From the NCBI GenBank assembly GCA_947085535.1, contig CAMTWV010000002.1, positions 989-64,988 of the forward strand: a stretch of DNA of 64,000 bases, given 5' to 3'. Shown in pieces: positions 36,078-47,203 of the stretch; within the stretch, counting starts at the first letter, position 1; each line of letters begins with the position of its first letter. The position numbers and the translations under genes were made by a program. The notes beneath the pieces were generated by a model. The model was not told the DNA's origin, ran no database searches, and saw only the letters and a program-made list of their open reading frames with translations. The DNA comes from an uncultured Actinomycetes bacterium. Lineage in GTDB: Bacteria; Actinomycetota; Aquicultoria; Subteraquimicrobiales; CAMTWV01.

Positions 36078-36596
36078 ATGGCGAACGCGGTCACAATTAC
36101 TCGATTGATACTTTTACCTGTTTTTTTGGTGCTTTTATTAGTGTCAGGTTATAATTATGCTGCTTTTGGTGTTTTTGTACTGGCAGCGTTTTCTGATTGG
36201 TTGGATGGTTTTTTGGCGCGGCGCAGAAATGAAGTAACTGAGTTTGGTAAGATTGCCGACCCGACAATAGATCGTCTTTTTATAGTTTGCACAGTTATAG
36301 CTCTTTATATTAAAAGTAAAGTGCCTCCTTTTTGGGCAGTAAGCTTGCTTGTTTTTCGAGACCTTTTTTTAGCCGCGGGTTTTTTATGGTTGCTAAAAAA
36401 GGACAAAAGGATTGTTGTTACTTATCTGGGTAAAGTAGCAACGACTTTTTTGTTTGTTGCTTTTGCTTTATTTATTCTTAAGCCTGAGCTTAAGCTCGAA
36501 GCAGGTATTTTTATTTTTTATCCGGGTTTGATTTTATACTTATTAGCCGGTATTGATTACGCTGTTAAAGCAGTTAAAAGTTTAAAAATTAGTTAA
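36078..36596 (+). CDS. CDP-alcohol phosphatidyltransferase (PgsA-like)
   Basis: DGFLARRRNEVTEFGKIADPTIDR matches D-G-x2-A-R-x8-G-x3-D-x3-D. Confidence 0.75.
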   Translation: MANAVTITRLILLPVFLVLLLVSGYNYAAFGVFVLAAFSDWLDGFLARRRNEVTEFGKIADPTIDRLFIVCTVIALYIKSKVPPFWAVSLLVFRDLFLAAGFLWLLKKDKRIVVTYLGKVATTFLFVAFALFILKPELKLEAGIFIFYPGLILYLLAGIDYAVKAVKSLKIS

Positions 36597-36671
36597 AAAT
36601 CACCTTGTTTTCATTTTAAATTTTACTGTAGTTCCTGCTGAACGAGCGGTAAAAATGGAGGGGTAAAAGTT

Positions 36672-39173
36672 ATGAAAGCAGTGGTTATGGCAGGCGGCGA
36701 AGGGACACGTCTTCGACCAATTACTTCTAATTTGCCCAAGCCAATGGTGTCAGTAGTTAATAAGCCTATAATCGAACATATCTTAAACCTTTTGAAACAG
36801 CATGAGATAACTGACATTGTAGTAACCCTTCAGTTTCTTCCGCAAGTTATTAAGAGTTATTTTGGTGAAGGTAGCGACCTCGGGCTTTCGCTCAGTTATG
36901 CAATTGAAGAAACACCGTTAGGAACAGCAGGAAGTATTAGAAACGCAGCAGAGTATCTTACCAGTACTTTTTTGGTTATCAGCGGCGATGCTCTCACTGA
37001 TTTTGACCTCACTAAGATTATTAAGTTTCATCGTCGAAAAAAAGCAATGGTTACAATTGCTCTTGTGCGTGTCAAAAATCCGCTTGAGTTTGGGATTGTA
37101 ATTACAGACAAAGAGGGAAGAATCGAACAATTTCTTGAGAAACCAACCTGGGGCGAAGTTTTTAGTGACACCATAAATACGGGAATTTATGTGCTTGAGC
37201 CTGAAATACTTGATTATATCCCTGCGGGACAACCATTTGATTTTAGCAAAGACCTTTTTCCTTATTTGTTAAAAGAAGGCAAACCTCTTTATGGTTGTTT
37301 GGTCGATGGTTACTGGTGCGATGTAGGCAGCATAGAACAATATATCAATGTTCATCACGATATTCTTGACCGTAAAGTAAAAGTTGAACCTATGGGTGTT
37401 AAAATGCTCGAAGATATCTGGCTGGATGAAGGCTCAGATATTCATCCTTCTGCTGATTTAAGTGGACCTATTGTGATTGGCAGCCATGTGAGAATTCGGG
37501 CAGGTGCAAAAATAGGACCGCATACCGTAGTCGGTAATAATGTATTTATCAGTGAAAACGCCGAGGTAATAAGCACCATAGTAGATGATAATACATTTAT
37601 TGGTGCGCACGCCAAGCTCAATAGTTGTGTGGTTGGCAAAAACTGTGATATTCGGCAAGGAGCACATCTTGAACCGGAAGTTGTGGTTGGCGGTAACTGT
37701 GCAATAGGCGAGGGAGCTGTTATTGGTCAGAAGGTTAAAATATTTCCATTTAAGACCGTAGACGCGGCAGCCGTGGTTAATAAAAGCATTATTTTGGAGT
37801 CACGCGGTATACGCACTCTCTTTGGCAAGCACGGTGTTTCTGGTTTAATCAATATAGATATTACACCTGATTTAGCAGTTCGCTTAGGATTGGCTTACGG
37901 CACTTCTCTTCATAAAGATAGTCATATTTTAATCAGTCGAGATACCAGTCGGGCATCGCGAATGATAAAAAGAGCACTTATTGCTGGCTTAAATGCTACA
38001 GGTATTCATTGCCGCGATTTAAGAGTTTGTCCTCAATCAGTTAACCGTTTTAATATAGCTACGAGCCGCTGCGTTGGAGGGATTCATGCTCAAGTTATGC
38101 CAGGAGACCCTCAATCACTCGAGATAAAGTTTTTTGACGAGCATGGTGTTGATATAAGCGAGAGTCAGCAGCGAACGATTGAGAGATATTATTTTCGAGA
38201 AGATTGTCGTCGCGTTTTCTACAATGAAGTAGCAGAAATTATATTTCCACCTCGCACAGTGGAATTTTACATAGCCGGACTTTTAAAGCATGTTGACAAA
38301 AATTTGATAAAAGAACGAAAGTTTAAGGTTATTGTTGATTATGCTTATGGAAGCTCTACCTTAACTATGCCTACCTTAATTGGCAGTCTTGGATGCGATG
38401 TAGTAGCGTTACATGCCTATACAGATGAGACCAAGAGCACTTTAGATGTCCAGGAGCTACCTTCTTTTCTTGACCAGCTCTCCAATACAGTTAAAGTTTT
38501 TCGGGCAGACTTGGGTATTCTTCTTGATAGCGCAGGTGAAAAAATATTTTTAATTGATGATGAAGGTAGAGTTATTTCTCACAATAACCTTTTGCATTTA
38601 ATGGTTTTGCTGGTTTCTTGTTGCGAAACTAAAAAAGGGAAAATTGCTGTGCCATTATCGGTTTCTAATGTGGTTGATGAAATAGCTTATCAACACGGTC
38701 GCAGAGTTCTCCGAACAAAAGTAAGCGCCAGAGCTCTCATGGAGTCAGCTTTACGCAAAGATGTTGCTTTTGCCGGTGCACAAGGGGGAGGATTTATTTT
38801 TCCACAATTTTTGCCTGCTTATGATGGAATAATGACTTTTTGTAAGATAATGGAGTATTTAGCGACGTTAAAGCAGCCTCTTTCAAAACTTGTTGATAGT
38901 TTACCTGCTTACCATTTAACCCAAAAGAACACTTATTGTTCGTGGGAAAGTAAAGGTATTGTAATGAGACGGTTAATTGAACGGTCAAGAGATAAAAGAA
39001 GAGAGCTCATTGATGGGGTAAAAATTTACGAAGATAACCGCTGGGTTTTGGTTGTTCCCGATTCAGAGGAACCGCTTTTTCGTGTATTTGCCGAGGCGGA
39101 TTCAGATGAAAGAGCAAAAGCTGAACTTGATAACTACATTAATTTTATTAATTCGATTGTGTCAACAATGTAA
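36672..39173 (+). CDS. Fusion of sugar-1-phosphate nucleotidyltransferase (left-handed beta-helix) and a phosphohexomutase-like domain
   Basis: N-terminus [20 protein letters not shown], hexapeptide repeats, then an alpha-D-phosphohexomutase-like C-terminal half. 833 aa. Confidence 0.75.
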   Translation: MKAVVMAGGEGTRLRPITSNLPKPMVSVVNKPIIEHILNLLKQHEITDIVVTLQFLPQVIKSYFGEGSDLGLSLSYAIEETPLGTAGSIRNAAEYLTSTFLVISGDALTDFDLTKIIKFHRRKKAMVTIALVRVKNPLEFGIVITDKEGRIEQFLEKPTWGEVFSDTINTGIYVLEPEILDYIPAGQPFDFSKDLFPYLLKEGKPLYGCLVDGYWCDVGSIEQYINVHHDILDRKVKVEPMGVKMLEDIWLDEGSDIHPSADLSGPIVIGSHVRIRAGAKIGPHTVVGNNVFISENAEVISTIVDDNTFIGAHAKLNSCVVGKNCDIRQGAHLEPEVVVGGNCAIGEGAVIGQKVKIFPFKTVDAAAVVNKSIILESRGIRTLFGKHGVSGLINIDITPDLAVRLGLAYGTSLHKDSHILISRDTSRASRMIKRALIAGLNATGIHCRDLRVCPQSVNRFNIATSRCVGGIHAQVMPGDPQSLEIKFFDEHGVDISESQQRTIERYYFREDCRRVFYNEVAEIIFPPRTVEFYIAGLLKHVDKNLIKERKFKVIVDYAYGSSTLTMPTLIGSLGCDVVALHAYTDETKSTLDVQELPSFLDQLSNTVKVFRADLGILLDSAGEKIFLIDDEGRVISHNNLLHLMVLLVSCCETKKGKIAVPLSVSNVVDEIAYQHGRRVLRTKVSARALMESALRKDVAFAGAQGGGFIFPQFLPAYDGIMTFCKIMEYLATLKQPLSKLVDSLPAYHLTQKNTYCSWESKGIVMRRLIERSRDKRRELIDGVKIYEDNRWVLVVPDSEEPLFRVFAEADSDERAKAELDNYINFINSIVSTM

Positions 39174-39185
39174 AGAGAGGCAAGC

Positions 39186-40595
39186 TTGGCGAAGGTATCT
39201 TTTGGCACAGATGGCTGGCGTGCTGTTATGTGCGACGAGTTTACATTACTAAATGTTAAAATAGTCGCTCAAGGTATTGCCGAATATCTTCTTGAAAGCG
39301 ATTTAAGAAAAAACGGGGTTATTGTCGGGCATGATACCCGTTTTTTTGCTGAAGAATTTGCTCAAGCTTGTGCTTCGGTTTTTGCCGAAAATAAAATCCC
39401 TGTCTATCTTGCCAAAAGACCTTTGCCAACACCTGTTGTAGCTCACGCTATCGTTCAGCTTCAATTAGCTGGTGCGGTTATGTTAACCGCGAGTCATAAT
39501 CCGTTTAAATATAATGGAATAAAATTTATTCCTGATTATGCTGGTCCAGCTACTTCTGAGATAACAAGAAAGATTGAGAAAAATATCGCTCAAACTAAAG
39601 AGAATTTATTTTTAAGTAAGGAAATAAAAGAGAGCAAAGAAGTAAAATACATAAACCCCATACCTGAATACATTGAGCATTTAAGTACTTTAGTCGATTT
39701 TGATTTGATTGCTAAAGCCAAGCTTAAAGTGGTAGCTGATCCTTTATACGGTGCAGGATATGGTCTGCTTGATGAGATATTGAAAAGAGCAGGCTGCGAA
39801 GTCTATGCAATTCATAACCAACGTGATGTCATGTTTGGTGGTCTATCTCCTGATCCGTCTATTAAGTATCTCAATAAACTTGGATATATGGTTAAAAAAA
39901 TGAAAGCTCATCTTGGGGTTGCTTTAGATGGGGATGGGGATAGGTTTGGAGTGGTTGATTCAGTCGGAGTTTATCTTTCACCCAACCAGGTGCTTACTCT
40001 TTTAAGTGAGTACCTGTTAGGAGTTCGAAAACTTAAAGGTTCACTTGTTCGCACAGTCGCCACCACACACGCTCTCGATACTATTGCTTCTAATTATAAT
40101 ACTCAAGCTATTGAAGTCCCGGTTGGTTTTAAATATGTGGGTCAGGTGATGCGAGAAAGACCTGTAGTTTTAGGCGGAGAGGAAAGCGGTGGTTTAAGCA
40201 TTCTCAACCATATACCAGAAAAAGATGGCATCTTAGCTGACTTGCTTCTTTGCGAGGTCACGGCTCGCCTGGGAAGACCTCTGTCAAATATTTTAGATGA
40301 AATTTACGCTAAGTATGGTTGTTTTCAGAGTGAGCGTTTAGACATTTACTTTCCGCAGGAGAAAAAAGAAGACCTTCTTAAAAGCTTAAAAAATAATCCC
40401 CCTAACGAAGTAGCCGGTGTTAAGGTTGAAAAAGTCTTAACAATTGACGGCGTAAAAATTTTATTTTCCGACAACTCCTGGATGCTTATCCGTCCCTCCG
40501 GAACCGAACCTCTTGTCAGAGCTTATATTGAGGCAGCCGCAGAAGAAAGATTTGAAGCTTTAAAAAGATACACTAAAAGTATGCTCTCTTTTTAA
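39186..40595 (+). CDS. Phosphoglucomutase/phosphomannomutase
   Basis: FGTDGWRA, TASHNP (phosphoserine loop), GVALDGDGDR and GGEESGG motifs. Confidence 0.85.
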   Translation: MAKVSFGTDGWRAVMCDEFTLLNVKIVAQGIAEYLLESDLRKNGVIVGHDTRFFAEEFAQACASVFAENKIPVYLAKRPLPTPVVAHAIVQLQLAGAVMLTASHNPFKYNGIKFIPDYAGPATSEITRKIEKNIAQTKENLFLSKEIKESKEVKYINPIPEYIEHLSTLVDFDLIAKAKLKVVADPLYGAGYGLLDEILKRAGCEVYAIHNQRDVMFGGLSPDPSIKYLNKLGYMVKKMKAHLGVALDGDGDRFGVVDSVGVYLSPNQVLTLLSEYLLGVRKLKGSLVRTVATTHALDTIASNYNTQAIEVPVGFKYVGQVMRERPVVLGGEESGGLSILNHIPEKDGILADLLLCEVTARLGRPLSNILDEIYAKYGCFQSERLDIYFPQEKKEDLLKSLKNNPPNEVAGVKVEKVLTIDGVKILFSDNSWMLIRPSGTEPLVRAYIEAAAEERFEALKRYTKSMLSF

Positions 40596-40661
40596 TCTAC
40601 AGTTCTTCCGCTATAATATTTCTTTTAGAAATCAAAATTCTGTTTTGTGTGATTAAAGTAG

Positions 40662-41438
40662 ATGAAATCGTTAAAGATTAATTTAAAGAAAATTAAATTT
40701 AAGAAAGAAGAAGTTTTATTTAACTCTTTTTTGCTTGTTTTAATTTTTGCAATCTTAGGTTTTCTTCTTGCTTCCTCTTTTTATACTCAAGAAAAAGCTG
40801 AGCGGAGAGTTTTGTTGACCCGTCGAACTGAATTAATTGAAACTGTTGTTAATTTAGAAAAAGAGCGTAAAGATTTAGAAAACGAATTACAAAAACTTCG
40901 CGAGCAGCTAAGAAAATATGAAGAAAAAGCAGCCGAAGAAGAGGGTATTCTTGCTTCATTTAAAAACGAACTTAACAAATTAAAGTTTAAAACAGGACTA
41001 ACTGAGGTAGTGGGCCCTGGCCTTGAAATAGTTTTAGGCGATAATCCAAACATTCCCCTGAAAGACAACACGGAGAACTTTATGATTCACGATTATGATT
41101 TAAGAACAGTAGTTAATGCTCTCTGGATTGGTGGGGCAGAGGCAATAGCTATTAACGGTCAGAGATTAGTTTCAGTGAGTTCTATTCGATGCGTGGGCTC
41201 AACTGTTCTGGTTAATGCAGTAAGGTTAGGGTCTCCTTTTAAAATTAAAGCTATTGGCAATCCAGCAAAGCTTAAAGAAAGTCTTTATGAAGACAAAGAA
41301 TCAGCTCAATTGCTTGATGTTTATGTTAGAGCTTTCGGTTTAGTTTTTGATTTAAAGGAAGCAAGGAATTTAAGACTTCCAGTTTACAAGGGTAGTTTGT
41401 CTGTTGAATATGCCAAAGTGATTAAAGGAGGAAAGTAG
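40662..41438 (+). CDS. DUF881 family protein (membrane anchor plus coiled coil)
   Basis: N-terminal transmembrane helix and coiled coil, then GPGLEIVLGD...IHDYDLRTVVNALWIGGAEAIAINGQRL, typical of DUF881. Confidence 0.7.
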   Translation: MKSLKINLKKIKFKKEEVLFNSFLLVLIFAILGFLLASSFYTQEKAERRVLLTRRTELIETVVNLEKERKDLENELQKLREQLRKYEEKAAEEEGILASFKNELNKLKFKTGLTEVVGPGLEIVLGDNPNIPLKDNTENFMIHDYDLRTVVNALWIGGAEAIAINGQRLVSVSSIRCVGSTVLVNAVRLGSPFKIKAIGNPAKLKESLYEDKESAQLLDVYVRAFGLVFDLKEARNLRLPVYKGSLSVEYAKVIKGGK

Positions 41439-41440
41439 AG

Positions 41441-41797
41441 ATGCGGCGTTTATACTGGCTATCGTTTATGGGGCTTATAATTGGTGTGGTTTTGGGTTTT
41501 TGTTTAAGAGTTTCTATTCCTTCGATGTATGTTAAATATTTTGGGGTGGCAATTTTGGCAGCGTTAGATAGTGCTTTCGGTGGCTTAAAAGCCAGTCTTG
41601 AGAAAAATTTTAACGATAAGTTGTTTATTTCTGGTTTCTTTAGCAATACCTTGATGGCGGCTTTCATTGTTTATGTGGGAGACCGCATTGGTGTTCAGGA
41701 GCTTTATCTTGCCGCCGTTGTTGCTTTTGGTCTGCGTTTATTCCAGAATATTGCAATTATTCGTCGTCACATATTTAAAAAAAGAGGCTGGGAATAG
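41441..41797 (+). CDS. sbp: Small basic membrane protein (Sbp/DUF1290-like)
   Basis: 118 aa hydrophobic protein placed between two DUF881 genes, which is the conserved arrangement. Confidence 0.6.
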   Translation: MRRLYWLSFMGLIIGVVLGFCLRVSIPSMYVKYFGVAILAALDSAFGGLKASLEKNFNDKLFISGFFSNTLMAAFIVYVGDRIGVQELYLAAVVAFGLRLFQNIAIIRRHIFKKRGWE

Positions 41798-42511
41798 GTG
41801 AAGAGAAAAATAACCTTCCGCGAACTTCAGTTAAGAAGAACTGAGATAACTATCGCTATTATTTGCGTAATGCTCAGTTTTTCTCTGGTTACTCAGATAA
41901 GAGGGCAAGTGGATATTTCGTCTGATTTAGAGCACTTAAAAGAACAGGATTTAGGAGGGTATATCCGTGATTTAAATATGAAGTTAGATGCTTTAAGAAC
42001 TGAAGTTACTGACTTGCGAATACGCTTATACTCTTATGAAAAGGAATTTGCTAGCAGAAAGGATATCTTAAGTGAAGCAGCCCGAAACCTTGAAAATTTA
42101 AAGGTTTTTACAGGTGAGGCAAAAGTTAAAGGTCCTGGTGTTGTTATTGAAATTAGAGATAACAAGGAAATCCTCGAAAGTTACGATTTACTTGATGTCA
42201 TTGAGGAACTTAAAGGGGCAGGCGCAGAAGTTATTGCAGTTGACGAAATAAGAATTGTATCCCGAACCGCTATAGCCAAAAAAAAAGATGGACTTTATGT
42301 GGGAAATAAAAAAGTTAAGTCTCCCTATATTTTAAAAGCTATTGGCAATACAGAAATATTATGCCAGGGGCTTTTATTGCCAGGTGGAACGCGAGACAAA
42401 TTGAATTCTCTTGAAGGGATAAGATTTGAAGTCCAGAAAGTGGATGAAATAGTTATTTTACCTTGCCAATCATCTATGGTGACTAGGTATGCTAAACCAG
42501 TTGAAAAGTAA
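41798..42511 (+). CDS. DUF881 family protein, second paralog
   Basis: Transmembrane helix plus coiled coil, then GPGVVIEIRD...YDLLDVIEELKGAGAEVIAVDEIRI. Confidence 0.7.
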   Translation: MKRKITFRELQLRRTEITIAIICVMLSFSLVTQIRGQVDISSDLEHLKEQDLGGYIRDLNMKLDALRTEVTDLRIRLYSYEKEFASRKDILSEAARNLENLKVFTGEAKVKGPGVVIEIRDNKEILESYDLLDVIEELKGAGAEVIAVDEIRIVSRTAIAKKKDGLYVGNKKVKSPYILKAIGNTEILCQGLLLPGGTRDKLNSLEGIRFEVQKVDEIVILPCQSSMVTRYAKPVEK

Positions 42512-44306
42512 AGCTATGAATTTTTCAGGAAAATTTAAAAAAATAAACCTTGATACAAGAAAGTTCTTCCTGGCAGTCCTATTGGTTTTTGGAGTTCTTT
42601 TTTGTTTTGTTGTTGTTGATTTGGTTGCTTACGCCAACCGTATTCACCATGGTGTTGAGGTAATAGGGTGCTCTTTAGGCGGTTTAACCAAAGAACAAGC
42701 AACCTATGCACTTAACTCGAAGGTCGAATCATTACTTGAGAAGTCTTTGACAGTTCAATATTCCGAAAAAGAATGGAGAATTGAACCCTCTCAGTTTAAT
42801 TTGAAAGTAAGTGTGACAAAGACGGTAGATAAAGCTTTTGCAGTTGGTCGTCACGAAAATCTTGTTAAGTCTTTTGTTGAGCGGATTAATTGTTGGATAA
42901 AACCGAATAAAGTTTATCTTGTTTATTCCTTAGATCAAAAGTCGCTAAGTTCTTTTATTGCTGAAATTGCGAAAGAGATAGACAAAGAACCTCAAAACGC
43001 TACTTTAAAAATTGGAGATGATGATGTAAAAGTGGTTCCCAGCGAAATCGGGGTTAGAGTTAAAAAAGCTTTGATGTTTGCGTTAATTAAAAATGCACTT
43101 GTCAACACAGGAGTTAGGAAAATTGAAATGCTGGTGGATATAGAGCCACCAGAAATAACAGAAGCTCAAGCCGAACATGCAATTACCGAAACAAAGTTGT
43201 TTATTAGCGCTCCTGTTCTTTTAAAATACGATAAATATTTATGGGAATTGAATAAAAAAGACATAGCTAAACTTATAGAGTTTGTGGTGGTTGAGAATAA
43301 CAACAAATCAGAACTTCACACAGAAATTAGTAAAAATAAAGTAGTAAATTTGATAGAAAAACTAACTTCCAATTTTAATATTGAAGCAAAAAATGCTGAA
43401 TTTAAGGTAGACGGTGAAAATGTTACTGTTCAATCAAGCAAGAATGGTGAGAAAATTGATGCCATTAAGGGTTACGAGGATTTGAAATCTGTTTTAAGCA
43501 AACCAGCACCACGAGAAGTTATCTTAATAAAAAGAGTTGTTGAGCCCGAAATTAGCACTGAAAAAGCTAACGCAATGGGAATAGAAAAGCGAATTTCCAC
43601 TTTTACGACTCGCTATGACCCTACTTATTTAGCCCGAGTTCATAATATTCATCTTTTAGCCGATGAGTTAGACGGGACTATTGTTCCGCCAGGCGAAATC
43701 TTTTCTTTTAACGAAGTTATTGGACCAAGAACAGTGGAGAAAGGATATCGGGAAGCTATGCAAATTCAAAACGGTGAACTGGTGCCGGCTATTGGCGGTG
43801 GGGTATGCCAGGTTGCCACTACGCTTTTTAATACAGTTTTTTTTGCAGGTTATCCTGTTGCCGAAAGACATAATCACAGTTTTTTCTTGAGCAAATATCC
43901 TGTTGGGAGAGATGCGGCAGTATCTTATACCAGTCCAGATTTTAAATTCAAGAATGATACTTCAGCATATTTATTGATTAAAACAGCCTATACTTCAAAA
44001 AGTGTAACTATTTCTTTTTACAGCACAGATTTTAAAACAGAAGTGACCTTCACCACTTCGCCTTTTACTAACATTAAATCTTTTGATACTAAGTACGAAG
44101 AAGACCCAACTCTTTTACAAGGGGAAAGCGTTGTTGAACAAGAAGGCATTTTAGGTCGAGATGTTACTGTCTTTAGGGTGGTTAAACGAAATGGTGAAAT
44201 AGTAAGAGAAAATAAATTTTTTAGTCGATATAAGCCACGAACAGCTATTATAAAAATCGGCACCATGCCTACTTCAGAAACAACAGAAACAACGGTTGCT
44301 ATTTAA
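42489..44306 (+). CDS. VanW family protein with a C-terminal G5 domain
   Basis: FSFNEVIGPRTVEKGYREA...GGGVCQVATTLFN VanW core. G5-like tail (EEDPTLLQGESVVEQEGILGRDVTVFRVV). The likely start is the ATG at 42516. Confidence 0.75.
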   Translation: MLNQLKSKAMNFSGKFKKINLDTRKFFLAVLLVFGVLFCFVVVDLVAYANRIHHGVEVIGCSLGGLTKEQATYALNSKVESLLEKSLTVQYSEKEWRIEPSQFNLKVSVTKTVDKAFAVGRHENLVKSFVERINCWIKPNKVYLVYSLDQKSLSSFIAEIAKEIDKEPQNATLKIGDDDVKVVPSEIGVRVKKALMFALIKNALVNTGVRKIEMLVDIEPPEITEAQAEHAITETKLFISAPVLLKYDKYLWELNKKDIAKLIEFVVVENNNKSELHTEISKNKVVNLIEKLTSNFNIEAKNAEFKVDGENVTVQSSKNGEKIDAIKGYEDLKSVLSKPAPREVILIKRVVEPEISTEKANAMGIEKRISTFTTRYDPTYLARVHNIHLLADELDGTIVPPGEIFSFNEVIGPRTVEKGYREAMQIQNGELVPAIGGGVCQVATTLFNTVFFAGYPVAERHNHSFFLSKYPVGRDAAVSYTSPDFKFKNDTSAYLLIKTAYTSKSVTISFYSTDFKTEVTFTTSPFTNIKSFDTKYEEDPTLLQGESVVEQEGILGRDVTVFRVVKRNGEIVRENKFFSRYKPRTAIIKIGTMPTSETTETTVAI

Positions 44307-44308
44307 CT

Positions 44309-45085
44309 CTAACTTTTGATTAAGCTTAATATTTCTTCCTTGTTTTTTGGGTAACTTAAGGTAAGCGTGGCGATGAAGTCCATTTTTTCTTGAGTTTGCT
44401 TTGCAAGATAATTGTTTACCATGTTATTGAGACGTGTTGTTGCAACTAAAGCCCCATTTTCTTCTGTGTGTGGAAAAATAATGCCAAATTTATTCTCTTC
44501 TATTCGTCCAATTTCATCGACTGCTCGAACCTGATTTTTTAAGAACTTACTTATGTCAGCTAAAGTTTTTTCACCCCGCTTCTGATTAAGCAAACGTAAT
44601 GCGTTAGGGTTTAAATCAATGATTAGAAGGGAAAAAGGTGTTTCGTATCGGTCAAATTGATTAGCGTAGTTATTAATTATTTGAGCAAAGTGTCGAGCGT
44701 TATAAAGAGAGGTCTCAGCGTCAATTGAAGTATGGTTTTCTAATTTTGCGAAAAAATACTTAATGCGTGAGCAGATTTCGCCGCCACCAATACCTATCAG
44801 GGCATAAACAATTGCTCTTGCAATAATTAGATTTAATGTAGGGAAAGGAACTCTGAATAATACAGGTGCCTGAAGAAGGGAGTAAATAACAATTGCTGCT
44901 AAAGCGGTGGTTAAACCGCCTGAGCGCCCATAATGCACTCCTCCAATTAAGACAGGGATAAGAAGCAGTTGAGCAAAGATTTCTTCTCTGTAAATTCTTT
45001 CGCCGGTAATGGATAGAATAATTGTTGCAAGAATGGCGCCAATACCAAATATTAAGATAAGTTTTTCAAAAGTTTTGTATCGCAT
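44309..45085 (-). CDS. Membrane-anchored degenerate GGDEF-domain protein (EENKF in place of GGDEF, RxxD I-site retained)
   Basis: About 4 transmembrane helices. Then DAETSLYNARHF and RAVDEIGRIEENKFGIIFP, which aligns with RxxD-x5-GG(D/E)EF. Confidence 0.65.
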   Translation of the reverse strand: MRYKTFEKLILIFGIGAILATIILSITGERIYREEIFAQLLLIPVLIGGVHYGRSGGLTTALAAIVIYSLLQAPVLFRVPFPTLNLIIARAIVYALIGIGGGEICSRIKYFFAKLENHTSIDAETSLYNARHFAQIINNYANQFDRYETPFSLLIIDLNPNALRLLNQKRGEKTLADISKFLKNQVRAVDEIGRIEENKFGIIFPHTEENGALVATTRLNNMVNNYLAKQTQEKMDFIATLTLSYPKNKEEILSLIKS

Positions 45086-45107
45086 TATTAATCCTCCTTG
45101 TTGAATC

Positions 45108-45455
45108 TTAAAAATTAGTATGAGTGGTATAAGTGCATTCTATCGTGCCCTCATCTTTATCGTATTTGTAAGGCGATTTTTCTACCGGGCAAGCAAAATT
45201 AAATTGTTTAATGTAATCCGGAGTGAGCTGATTTAAGTTATCGGGATAGGATTGTTCTTGTGCCTGATAAGTTTCAAGTGCTGACCGAATTATTCGTAAA
45301 TTAGAACGGCAAGAAGTGTCTTCGGCTTTAGTAAGAGCAAAATTGTAAACAACCACAACGATAGCGATTAAAATTCCTATGATGAGAAAAACCACTATCA
45401 TCTCTACAAGAGAAAAGCCTTTCTCGACTTTAAGCTTCTTTACCATAACTCTCAC
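45108..45455 (-). CDS. Type IV pilin / pseudopilin-like protein
   Basis: Prepilin leader plus processing site KG|FSLVEMIVVFLIIGIL, and a small Cys-containing globular domain. Confidence 0.7.
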   Translation of the reverse strand: MRVMVKKLKVEKGFSLVEMIVVFLIIGILIAIVVVVYNFALTKAEDTSCRSNLRIIRSALETYQAQEQSYPDNLNQLTPDYIKQFNFACPVEKSPYKYDKDEGTIECTYTTHTNF

Positions 45456-45570
45456 CTTTGCCGTTTAGTTATAAATTTCGCTTTTTCCCCCTAATTTCCT
45501 TTAATAATTTTAACTCAGTTTAAAGAATTTTTGTGGTAAAATCCAGAAAAGCAAAATTTTAATTGAAACT

Positions 45571-45819
45571 TTGATGAATATGACAAAAATGGTTCAAGCA
45601 ATTGTTGATAGAATAGAAGAAAAAAAAGCAGTTCTTTATTTTAAAGGCTATCCTGAAGCAATTTGCTTGCCGCTTGAGATGCTTCCTGAAAATGTTTGCG
45701 AGGGGAATTTACTGAGATTTTCTATTAAATTTGAGCACAAGAAAACAAAAGAGGAAAGAAAAGAAATATCTGCTCTTATTAAAAAACTTTCTAATAAACA
45801 AAAGGGGAAGTTGGAATAA
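45571..45819 (+). CDS. DUF3006-like small protein
   Basis: AIVDRIEEKKAVLYF...LPENVCEGNLLRF pattern, recalled from the DUF3006 family. Confidence 0.5.
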   Translation: MMNMTKMVQAIVDRIEEKKAVLYFKGYPEAICLPLEMLPENVCEGNLLRFSIKFEHKKTKEERKEISALIKKLSNKQKGKLE

Positions 45820-47198
45820 TGATTAGTTTTGACGAAGCCAAACAGGCAACGCCAGGGAAAGTCAAGGAGTGGTATAAGCACCTTAACCCTGGATTGGTTT
45901 CTTTGCTTGGTTTGATCGGGTTCGATAAAGTTTATAGTCGGGCTGAAGGAATCTATGTTTGGGATAGAGAAGGAAATCGTTATTTAGATTTTTTAGGGGG
46001 TTATGGCAGTTTAAATTTAGGACATAATCATCCTCAGGTAATAAAGGCTATCGAGGAAGTTGATGGACTGCCCAATATTTTACAGGCATCGTTAAATCCG
46101 TTTGCCAGCGCATTGGCTAAAAATTTGTCAGAAATAACACCCGGTAATTTATTCAACAGTTTTTTTTGCAATAGCGGGGCTGAAGCAGTGGAAGGAGCCA
46201 TTAAGACTGCACGAGCAGCCACAGGAAAGACTTGGGTAGTCGCCGCAGAACACGCTTTTCACGGGAAAACTCTTGGAGCACTTTCCGTTACAGGTCGAGA
46301 AAAGTATAGAAAACCTTTTGCACCTTTAGTTCCTCACTGTGAGTGGGTGCCTTTTGGGGATTTAGTCTCGCTCGAGTCAAGATTGAAAAAGAAAGATGTA
46401 GCTGCTTTTATTGTTGAACCAATTCAGGGGGAAGGGGGAATTATTCTTCCACCTGATAAGTATTTGAAGGGTGTAGAAGAGATTTGCCGAAAATACGAGA
46501 CACTTTTAATTCTCGATGAGATTCAGACAGGTTTAGGGCGCACAGGAAAGATGTTTGCCGCAGAGCACTGGGGGGTTAAGCCTGATATTATGACATTGGC
46601 TAAGTCGCTGGGTGGTGGTGTGATGCCCATAGGAGCGTTTATTGCAACGTCAGAGGTTTGGGAGAAAGCTTATGGTGGAATAAATAAATGTCTTTATCAC
46701 ACCTCTACCTTTGGAGGCAATACGAGAGCTTGCGCAGCGGCAATTGCAACCTTAGAAGTAATCAACGAAGAGAATTTAGTTGAACAGGCACGGGGAAAAG
46801 GAGATTATTTATTAAACGAACTTAAAAAACTCGAAACCAAACACGAAATGATTAAAGAGATTAGAGGTAAGGGTTTAATGGTGGGCGTCGAGTTTTATGA
46901 GCCAGCTAAAGGTTGGTTAAATAAGATTGGTGGTGATATGTTTAAAAAGCTTTCCCATGAGTACTTGGCTTCAATGGTAGCTGGTCAATTACTCGATGAG
47001 CATAAAATAATTACAGCTTATACTCTAAATAACCCGAATGTTATACGCCTTGAACCACCTCTTACTGTTACCTTTGAACAGCTTGATTGGGTTGTTAAAG
47101 CTTTTGATGAAATTTGCGAAAAGTATTCAGGATTTTTAAAATTGACTTTTAAGACAGGCAAATCTATTGCAGCAAAGATTTTTAAAAGGTCAAGGTAG
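45819..47198 (+). CDS. Class III (acetylornithine/putrescine-type) aminotransferase
   Basis: [29 protein letters not shown] and TLAKSLGGG (PLP lysine) motifs. Confidence 0.85.
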   Translation: MISFDEAKQATPGKVKEWYKHLNPGLVSLLGLIGFDKVYSRAEGIYVWDREGNRYLDFLGGYGSLNLGHNHPQVIKAIEEVDGLPNILQASLNPFASALAKNLSEITPGNLFNSFFCNSGAEAVEGAIKTARAATGKTWVVAAEHAFHGKTLGALSVTGREKYRKPFAPLVPHCEWVPFGDLVSLESRLKKKDVAAFIVEPIQGEGGIILPPDKYLKGVEEICRKYETLLILDEIQTGLGRTGKMFAAEHWGVKPDIMTLAKSLGGGVMPIGAFIATSEVWEKAYGGINKCLYHTSTFGGNTRACAAAIATLEVINEENLVEQARGKGDYLLNELKKLETKHEMIKEIRGKGLMVGVEFYEPAKGWLNKIGGDMFKKLSHEYLASMVAGQLLDEHKIITAYTLNNPNVIRLEPPLTVTFEQLDWVVKAFDEICEKYSGFLKLTFKTGKSIAAKIFKRSR

Positions 47199-47203
47199 TA
47201 TTT

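Noticed and set aside
39052-39252. 66-aa ORF bridging the end of the nucleotidyltransferase fusion and the start of the phosphomutase
   Set aside because: It is out of frame with two strongly supported genes and has no RBS. Other bridging or shadow ORFs were rejected for the same reason: 3649-3876, 3851-4036, 4119-4355, 36623-36817, 47018-47212 and 60660-60857.
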